IMG/VR virus record: IMGVR_UViG_3300049044_000033
Span: 398,456 to 462,455 of that record
Length of the DNA stretch: 64,000 nt
Strand: one strand, 5' to 3'
Source of the DNA: a virus
Taxonomy: Duplodnaviria > Heunggongvirae > Uroviricota > Caudoviricetes
The notes beneath the pieces are model-generated. The model was not told the origin of the DNA and searched no databases. It saw nothing but the letters and a program-made list of their open reading frames with translations. The translations under genes were made by a program, and so were the position numbers. Below are positions 58,431-64,000 of this stretch, piece by piece. Each line of letters starts with the position of its first letter. Positions within the stretch are counted from its first letter, which is position 1.

Positions 58431-58826
58431 TTGCAGATAAGATTTTGTCATGCTAGCCGGGGGGTTATGAAGCATATAGCGGTTGTTCAAAGTTTTCACA
58501 CTGGTCGTTTTCTACTAACGGAAAGAGAAGGAGTTTGGGAGTGGCCTAGGGTCGCGGATATAGACGAAAATTCGGCTATGTTGTTTGATAGCATGAATCT
58601 CATCACTGATATCACTGGGATAGAATCAGGAGACATGGTCCTAGATTACTTCAGGGGACCTAAGAAACATCAGATCTTTTATTTTAATCTGCAAGGCGAG
58701 CCAGCCGTCCCTGGAGATGCGTGCTGGTTCTCACTCTATGACTTTCCCGAGAAGGTGAGTTGCTTCGTGGAAGAAGTTTCTGATTTCTCAAAATTTATTG
58801 AGAAATCAATCGAACCTACTATTTGA
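58431..58826 (+). CDS. hypothetical protein, degenerate Nudix-like
   Basis: TGRFLL..R...W.WP...W.SLYDFP; Nudix-box glutamates absent. Confidence 0.5.
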   Translation: MQIRFCHASRGVMKHIAVVQSFHTGRFLLTEREGVWEWPRVADIDENSAMLFDSMNLITDITGIESGDMVLDYFRGPKKHQIFYFNLQGEPAVPGDACWFSLYDFPEKVSCFVEEVSDFSKFIEKSIEPTI

Positions 58827-58862
58827 CAAACAAGTTTAGATGTCGCATAAGTAAAAGACAAT

Positions 58863-58944
58863 GCGCCGATGGTGGAATTGGTAGACTCGCTGGTTTTAGG
58901 TACCAGTATCGAAAGATGTGTGGGTTCGAGTCCCACTCGGCGCA
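58863..58944 (+). tRNA. tRNA-Leu(TAG)
   Basis: GCGCCGA/TCGGCGC acceptor, CTGGT-TTTAGGT-ACCAG anticodon arm, long variable arm, GTTCGAG T-loop; no CCA encoded. Confidence 0.95.
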
Positions 58945-58948
58945 CTCT

Positions 58949-58984
58949 AAAAGACCTGAGGTAACTCTCAGGTCTTTTATTTTT
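58949..58984 (+). terminator. intrinsic terminator after tRNA-Leu
   Basis: AAAAGACCTGAG...CTCAGGTCTTTT plus T-tract. Confidence 0.75.
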
Positions 58985-58996
58985 CAGAGAGGATTT

Positions 58997-59155
58997 ATGT
59001 GGCGTTTGTGGGCAAAAGCCTTAGGTGAAAAGGCTTCACCTTGTGATACTGAATCGGATAAGATTGCTTGGATCAGAACCTTTCTCATCCTTCAAGCAGT
59101 AATCACAAATTGCTTCATCATTGCTAACTTTGTGATGACGCACATCCTGAAGTAA
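58997..59155 (+). CDS. small membrane protein
   Basis: MWRLWAKALGEKA...D.IA.IRT...ITNCFIIAN pattern typical of T4-like phages; GAGG RBS. Confidence 0.7.
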   Translation: MWRLWAKALGEKASPCDTESDKIAWIRTFLILQAVITNCFIIANFVMTHILK

Positions 59156-59162
59156 ATATGGG

Positions 59163-59393
59163 ATGCGCTACCGAGAAATCCTTGAACGTGATGATAGTAA
59201 GGTCATTGAGAAGCTAAGGGCTCTCATTGATCATCCCTCTACTGAATCTACCATTCGCGCAGCCGCCCAACAGCAACTTGCTAGATTGACTCTTAGAAGC
59301 AAAAGCGGTGTTGATACCTCGACTGATGGGATGATCTATAATCGTCATGGTAGGATGCAGAATCCTGGCCTGAGAACTCAAAAGAAGTTCTAG
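59163..59393 (+). CDS. small late protein
   Basis: MRYREILE N-terminus; TAAATA 4 nt upstream. Confidence 0.55.
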   Translation: MRYREILERDDSKVIEKLRALIDHPSTESTIRAAAQQQLARLTLRSKSGVDTSTDGMIYNRHGRMQNPGLRTQKKF

Positions 59394-59428
59394 ACTCAAA
59401 CACCTAAACTCTTTATAAGAGTTATATT

Positions 59429-59502
59429 GGTCCCGTAGCTCAGCTGGATAGAGCGTCTGCCTCCTAAGCAGAAGGTCACTGGTTCGAATCCAGTCGGGAT
59501 CA
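59429..59502 (+). tRNA. tRNA-Arg(CCT)
   Basis: GGTCCCG/CGGGATC acceptor, TCTGC-CTCCTAA-GCAGA anticodon arm, GTTCGAATC; no CCA encoded. Confidence 0.95.
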
Positions 59503-59510
59503 CAGATCGA

Positions 59511-60257
59511 ATGAAGATCTTTCCTGAAATGACCTGGCACCGTTATCCCAAGGATCGTACCTTTTGGGAGAAGGTAACCCGTAAGTTCGTGATACCACCG
59601 GCTTTCGGTAGATACTCATTAGAGCAGTGGTCAAATCGCGACATAAGAATGAAACGGGTCTTTCCGGTTCGTTGGTTCCTAGGTGAGAGCCTCCCTCAAA
59701 TCTATCATACTAAAATCTGTCGACGTCTTAAGAATGTCAGGCTTTGGTTTAGGTATCGACTCTTCGATCGCTATGATATTTTAAAGCTTGAACTCGAACC
59801 CGGTTACTATGATCCTGACGAGCGTCTCCTTCAGGCCAATTTCCAGATCCTAAAGGATTTTGTAGAGATTGAGCTGGCGAGTATGTATGATGCTGTGGGC
59901 GAAGATGAAGGTTCACCTGGATTCTTCGAACGCTTTGGATCCAAGTTTCGACAGAGGCGTCGTAAGAATGGTCGCGATCCAGAAGCAGGTTTGGCTCACT
60001 TGGATTGGGAAATTGAGGAATGCGCAGGTTCGGCTCAAGCCGAGGCTGCTAAGGAAAAGAAAGCCATCTATTTGTGGTGGACCGTTGATCGCCCTAATCG
60101 TTTCGACCTTTATAATGATCCACATCTGGGTTGGAAGGAAGGGGACCGAGGTGATGCTGATTACGACATGCTTCATCGGTTGGAAGACTTTTACCGAGAG
60201 CAAGATGAGGAAATGCTCATCAGGTTGGTAAAAGTTAGATATGCTCTCTGGACATGA
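59511..60257 (+). CDS. hypothetical protein
   Basis: GYYD.DER.L.ANF.IL.DFVE.E, A.E...IY.WW...RP.R, D.EML.RL.K.R..LWT. Confidence 0.7.
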   Translation: MKIFPEMTWHRYPKDRTFWEKVTRKFVIPPAFGRYSLEQWSNRDIRMKRVFPVRWFLGESLPQIYHTKICRRLKNVRLWFRYRLFDRYDILKLELEPGYYDPDERLLQANFQILKDFVEIELASMYDAVGEDEGSPGFFERFGSKFRQRRRKNGRDPEAGLAHLDWEIEECAGSAQAEAAKEKKAIYLWWTVDRPNRFDLYNDPHLGWKEGDRGDADYDMLHRLEDFYREQDEEMLIRLVKVRYALWT

Positions 60258-60266
60258 AAAAAGATA

Positions 60267-60297
60267 TTGCAGGTTAGATATAATGTGCGTATAAATA
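60267..60297 (+). promoter_or_regulatory. composite sigma70/late promoter for tRNA-Pro
   Basis: TTGCAG-17 nt-TATAAATA. Confidence 0.6.
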
Positions 60298-60322
60298 ACT
60301 ACATAGCAGCTTAGAGCTGTTT

Positions 60323-60396
60323 CGGGGATTGGCCTAGTCTGGTAAGGCGCCTGCTTTGGGAGCAGGAGATCGTAGGTTCGAATCCTACATTCCCGA
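60323..60396 (+). tRNA. tRNA-Pro(TGG)
   Basis: CGGGGAT/ATTCCCG acceptor, CCTGC-TTTGGGA-GCAGG anticodon arm, GTTCGAATC; no CCA encoded. Confidence 0.95.
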
Positions 60397-60485
60397 CATA
60401 GTTAGAAAGCCCCACTGACGAAAGTCATGCGCTTCTAACGTTTTAGGCTAGTTGGTCGGACCAGTTCCCACCCGCTATGCTGGAA

Positions 60486-60513
60486 AAAAGCCGGATCGAA
60501 AGGTCCGGCTTTT
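60486..60513 (+). terminator. intrinsic terminator
   Basis: AAAAGCCGGATC-GAAA-GGTCCGGCTTTT. Confidence 0.8.
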
Positions 60514-60550
60514 CTCTTGACTACGTTGCCAATCCTGCTAAGGTTTAGGT

Positions 60551-60838
60551 ATGGATTATGAGCAGCATTATACGGATCATTTGATTCACCTCACATTAGA
60601 GGAAACTGATCGTTTCTTTGCTCCCTTTGATCCACATGATCCGGGATTACCGAGTTACCTGTTGAATTCGAGGCATCGATTCATAAAGGATGAACTTTAT
60701 GAATGGCTTATGCTACACGTAGGAGCAGTTGGTTTAGATTGGAATCATGAAAGACTTGGCCGTGATTGCCGAACTATTCGGTTTAAGTCCAAAGACAAGG
60801 CTGCTCTGTTTAAGTTGACCTTTGGCGGTCAGACTTAA
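60551..60838 (+). CDS. FKLxW-motif family small protein
   Basis: LYEWLMLHVG...DW...IRFKSKDKAALFKLTFGG. Confidence 0.75.
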   Translation: MDYEQHYTDHLIHLTLEETDRFFAPFDPHDPGLPSYLLNSRHRFIKDELYEWLMLHVGAVGLDWNHERLGRDCRTIRFKSKDKAALFKLTFGGQT

Positions 60839-61566
60839 ACCCTTAACAGAGCAACTTTTTCAGAGTTGATTGTGCTCAACACAACATGGTCTTGTAGGTG
60901 TTCAACAAGCCATAGATCCCCTAGCAAGCGCGAGATGCGACTTACATTATGCTGAGCTGCCTCATCGAGACGAAGGGCTTGAGAGAGCACCGCATTGCGC
61001 TCAGAGAGCACATCAAACGTGCCAAAGTCCACAAGCTCAAACTCGAAAGCTGTATTGCGACCTTCAAGAACCAGTCGACGACCTTCAACGACCATATTGG
61101 ATAGATCGCTAGCAGAGAAGAACTCCGTTAGCTCTTCATCAACTTCATCAGAGTCACCTTCCTCAGAAACCAAACGAACTTTGGTCATGAGGTTTTCGTC
61201 ATTGATAGGAAGGACTTCCCCAGTTTCATAGAACGTCCCCTTCCAGCTCTTAATACCCGTGAGGCCATTCAGGCTATCTAGGATCGCAGTTACTTTCTTG
61301 GGGAAGTTTGAATCCCTGAGAAGTTCTACGAATACGAGGTAGTAGCCTTCCTCATTTGGCGCAGGGCTAACGTCAGTGTCAAGGATCGCAGTAGCACCCT
61401 TCTGGATAAAGCGATTTAGATCTTGAGCTGGATCTTTATCCTGAACGAAGAACGCGATAACAATTGAGTCATCATCCAACTTGCTATCATACTCGTCAAT
61501 AGAGATAAGAGGGAAGACTAGTTCCTCGAGATCGCCTTCTTTGAGGCCTTCGAATAGGTTATCCAT
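60835..61566 (-). CDS. conserved jumbo-phage protein
   Basis: EGL..GDL...V...ISIDEY.SK..DD..V.AF.V....PA.DL..FI.KG...LD.DVSP...G.Y.VFVE. Confidence 0.75.
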   Translation of the reverse strand: MDNLFEGLKEGDLEELVFPLISIDEYDSKLDDDSIVIAFFVQDKDPAQDLNRFIQKGATAILDTDVSPAPNEEGYYLVFVELLRDSNFPKKVTAILDSLNGLTGIKSWKGTFYETGEVLPINDENLMTKVRLVSEEGDSDEVDEELTEFFSASDLSNMVVEGRRLVLEGRNTAFEFELVDFGTFDVLSERNAVLSQALRLDEAAQHNVSRISRLLGDLWLVEHLQDHVVLSTINSEKVALLRV

Positions 61567-62111
61567 TATAGACCTCCAGTCTCTTCTTCATCAGCTGGTT
61601 CTTCTTCAGCCGGTTCATCATCAGTAAAGGCATCTGTCTCGTCAACGTTTTCATCGCGGGCGTCAGAGACATCTTCAACATCGACGACTTCATCATCAAC
61701 ATGCATCTCAAGATCAGAATCGTCTAGCTCTTCAATAAAGCGACGTGGAATCTGAATATCTACTAACCAGATATCTTCTTCCTTCATTTGTGGCTTCTTA
61801 TTGGGCTGGAGGTCACTGGGTTCATTGACCTCCACTGCGACTTCTTCTTTGGCCTTGCGGAAGGAAACTTTTGCGCCATGCTGCAGGAGACGTTCGGCAC
61901 CGGCTGGATCAGGCATATCCTTATACGCAAACTTGAGAGTCATCGACACCCAATAGCGACGAACATTTGGCCCATCCACAACTTCGCCATCGAACCAGTT
62001 CTTGAATACATACAAGTCAAGAGAATCCAGGAAGTCTTCCATCTGAATCAAAACGTCCGTGAGGCTGTCTGATTCACTTAGTCGCTTGAAGAGGTTAGGA
62101 TTTGCTGGCAT
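61566..62111 (-). CDS. conserved jumbo-phage protein
   Basis: D.LDLYVFKNW..GEVVDGP...RYWV......MPDP.GA.RL; acidic tail. Confidence 0.75.
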   Translation of the reverse strand: MPANPNLFKRLSESDSLTDVLIQMEDFLDSLDLYVFKNWFDGEVVDGPNVRRYWVSMTLKFAYKDMPDPAGAERLLQHGAKVSFRKAKEEVAVEVNEPSDLQPNKKPQMKEEDIWLVDIQIPRRFIEELDDSDLEMHVDDEVVDVEDVSDARDENVDETDAFTDDEPAEEEPADEEETGGL

Positions 62112-62131
62112 TATAGTCTCCTTAATTCAAA

Positions 62132-62156
62132 TCTATTTACCAGATAGGTAAATAGA
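62132..62156. promoter_or_regulatory. back-to-back TAAATA late promoters forming an inverted repeat
   Basis: TCTATTTACC-AGATA-GGTAAATAGA between divergent genes. Confidence 0.65.
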
Positions 62157-62184
62157 AAATAGAAATCTGATTGGAGCCAAGCTA

Positions 62185-62640
62185 ATGCGTCTTTGGGAAC
62201 TATTCAGCGAACTCGACGAAAAATCAATTCGTGATGTAGAAAAGCATTTAGACAAAACTGATTACCAGCCTGACGACAAAGTCAAGGACGGGAATAAGCC
62301 AGTTATTGACTTGGACCTTTCTAGCCCTCACTTCATTCAGCGTCTGAACCAGAGAAGCAAGACTGCTAGTATCTCACCTGAAGAAGTTGAAGATCTTCTT
62401 CATCGTGGTCGTGAAAAGTTTAAGGTTGAAATTGGCCAAGCAAGTCGTGCCACTCAAGCAGGCCAGCACATTGATTTCTATGACCCAGAAACAAAGCTTC
62501 TAGTTCCATCGGTCGTTACACCGAATCCTAATTGTAAGCCAAATAGCCAGGGCAAGATAGTTTGCCAGACGGTTAATGGTCTAGAGCCTAAAAACCGATT
62601 GGTCGCTAAATCAATTATGAGAAAAGGTGTTGAGGATTAA
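62185..62640 (+). CDS. late protein, possibly virion-internal
   Basis: MRLWELFSELDE N-terminus; S.HFIQRLNQR; AKSIMRK. Confidence 0.65.
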   Translation: MRLWELFSELDEKSIRDVEKHLDKTDYQPDDKVKDGNKPVIDLDLSSPHFIQRLNQRSKTASISPEEVEDLLHRGREKFKVEIGQASRATQAGQHIDFYDPETKLLVPSVVTPNPNCKPNSQGKIVCQTVNGLEPKNRLVAKSIMRKGVED

Positions 62641-63332
62641 TCGTCTTCGACTTCCATAAACGCACAACCAGGGCGACTATTGAGTTCTACTAAGATCGCC
62701 CAGATATCCTCAATATAGATATCGTCATAACGATCCCAATATACCCTAGCTACTCGATTCTCGAGTATCTTAACTACCTTATGCCGTTCAAGTAGATAGA
62801 TCAGCTGGGCATCGCGCTCGGCCATGTTTTCCAGCGAAGCATCACGTTCGAGAAGCTTGGCCAGACCTTTCTTCATTCGCCCCCACCGAACGCGGATAGA
62901 CTTCCGACAATCCTTCCAGCTAGCGATGAAGTTTTCTTTCTTAACTTTGAATTGACGAAGTCGTCCCTCGTAGCCAGCCCTTTCCTTTTCCTTACGGGCT
63001 GCTAAATCTCGGTCACGTTTTTCGATCTTATCAATAGCGGTCTGACACGACATTTTAGCGTAGAGTAGGAACTTTTTGTATTGGGCAACTAAGAGTGGAT
63101 TGGTTCCACTTTCCATTTCCTCCCAAGCTGCTGCCTCGAGGGTCCCGAGCTCAAAACCTGAGATACCAAACATCTTGGCTTTGTCGTCAAGATAGTGAGG
63201 CTCGGCTCGAACTTCCTTAGGAGAAGTTTTATTCCATTGGGCAATTCGATCTTCAGGTTTCGAGGCGCCGAATTTACAGCGCCCCGCTATATCTAGGAGT
63301 ACCTCGTCAGAGAAGAACGCATCTCGTTTCAA
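62637..63332 (-). CDS. hypothetical protein
   Basis: 231 aa, coupled. Confidence 0.6.
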   Translation of the reverse strand: MKRDAFFSDEVLLDIAGRCKFGASKPEDRIAQWNKTSPKEVRAEPHYLDDKAKMFGISGFELGTLEAAAWEEMESGTNPLLVAQYKKFLLYAKMSCQTAIDKIEKRDRDLAARKEKERAGYEGRLRQFKVKKENFIASWKDCRKSIRVRWGRMKKGLAKLLERDASLENMAERDAQLIYLLERHKVVKILENRVARVYWDRYDDIYIEDIWAILVELNSRPGCAFMEVEDD

Positions 63333-63829
63333 AGGTTAGTAATCCTATTGTCCTGCTTCTTACCCTGCATCTTGAAGTAAACAAGCTTGCTCTTGAGGGC
63401 CTTGAACTCAGGGTCTTGATTGCTAGCAATCAGGTCCACAAAACGCATGTCGATTGAGCCGCGCTCGATCATTTCCTCGTAGAACTTAGACGAAGCCTGG
63501 AAGTCCTTGGCGTTCTTCTGTGAGTCCCAGAAGATGCCACACTGCAGGCTATCATAAACCTGTTGACCCAATGGTGTTAGGGTCTTCTCCACAACCCAGT
63601 GACCATCTGATCCAATCTTAGGTTCATGGATTGTAACAAAGGGACCGAAAATCCCCACGCTATCAATCTCAGCCTGGTAGACATCTTGAGCTATCTCTTC
63701 GGCAGTATCATCGCCGGAGATAGCTTTAAGTGTCTCCATGTTGACTATGATGTTCTTCCGACCTGTAACGACGAGGTTAAGGAAGCTGTGTTCCCTTTCG
63801 AAGGGGCGTAGATGAGATGCGTTCTTCAT
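63329..63829 (-). CDS. hypothetical protein
   Basis: 166 aa, leaderless-type promoter. Confidence 0.6.
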   Translation of the reverse strand: MKNASHLRPFEREHSFLNLVVTGRKNIIVNMETLKAISGDDTAEEIAQDVYQAEIDSVGIFGPFVTIHEPKIGSDGHWVVEKTLTPLGQQVYDSLQCGIFWDSQKNAKDFQASSKFYEEMIERGSIDMRFVDLIASNQDPEFKALKSKLVYFKMQGKKQDNRITNL

Positions 63830-63923
63830 GTCGCTCTTTTAGCACATAAGGTGAGCGTGTCAACCAAAAAGAAACGACCCGAAGATTTCTCCTCGGATCG
63901 TCTTTGAATTTAAAGGATTGCTC

Positions 63924-64000
63924 TTAGATTCCCTTATTGTCTCCGTAGATACCAAGTAGTTCCTTCACAACTGGGTGACGCTCAACATCCTGACGAGCAA
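63924..64000 (-). CDS. phoH: PhoH-like protein, C-terminal end
   Basis: Manual translation ARQDVERHPVVKELLGIYGDNKGI*; DVxRHPxV is the PhoH C-terminal motif. Confidence 0.7.
   Translation of the reverse strand, partial: ARQDVERHPVVKELLGIYGDNKGI

Noticed and set aside
58736-59540. Track ORFs 58823..59155, 58736..58945 and 59214..59540
   Set aside because: They overlap tRNA genes; only the part from ATG 58997 is a credible CDS
60415-60427. CTGACGA resembling a hammerhead ribozyme core
   Set aside because: It is better explained as a TGAC-GAAA-GTCA tetraloop hairpin; no stem II plus GAAA arrangement follows
1-64000. Stop-codon reassignment or a bacterial chromosomal origin
   Set aside because: Genes are full length in the standard code; PolB, clamp, Rnl1, late promoters and gene density indicate a phage despite host-like genes

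Overview
This is a 64-kb segment of a large T4-related (jumbo) myovirus genome in the standard genetic code. The host is probably an alphaproteobacterium, which is an inference from the ClpA/ClpP style and the promoter and leaderless-mRNA style. Replication and repair genes include family B DNA polymerase, sliding clamp, T4-type RNase H, NAD+-dependent ligase, UvsE and an HhH glycosylase. A 7-deazaguanine-type cluster carries queE, folE, a queD-like gene, a phosphoribosyltransferase and a glycosyltransferase, with no queC or dpdA visible. The window also holds CoA genes (coaD/coaE), RNA-repair enzymes, a proteostasis/translation set (two ClpP, ClpA, DnaJ, deformylase, IF-1), a MoxR-type AAA/VWA pair, a fibre gene block and three tRNAs. 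The most striking unexplained signal is about 20 small paralogous ORFs sharing a C-terminal motif F-x-[DEN]-x-x-x-A-x-x-F-K-L-x-W. Two adjacent members are fused to short pieces of conserved phage proteins: a Gol-peptide-like segment of the T4-type major capsid protein, and a motif-B-like segment of family B DNA polymerase. This suggests a decoy or mimic display system. Further signals are widespread leaderless promoters with start-occluding hairpins, a TAAATA late-promoter regulon, an orphan ATP-ligase N-terminal domain beside the NAD ligase, and a structured RNA with a perfect Shine-Dalgarno sequence but no ORF. All family assignments come from motif recognition by eye; no searches were run.
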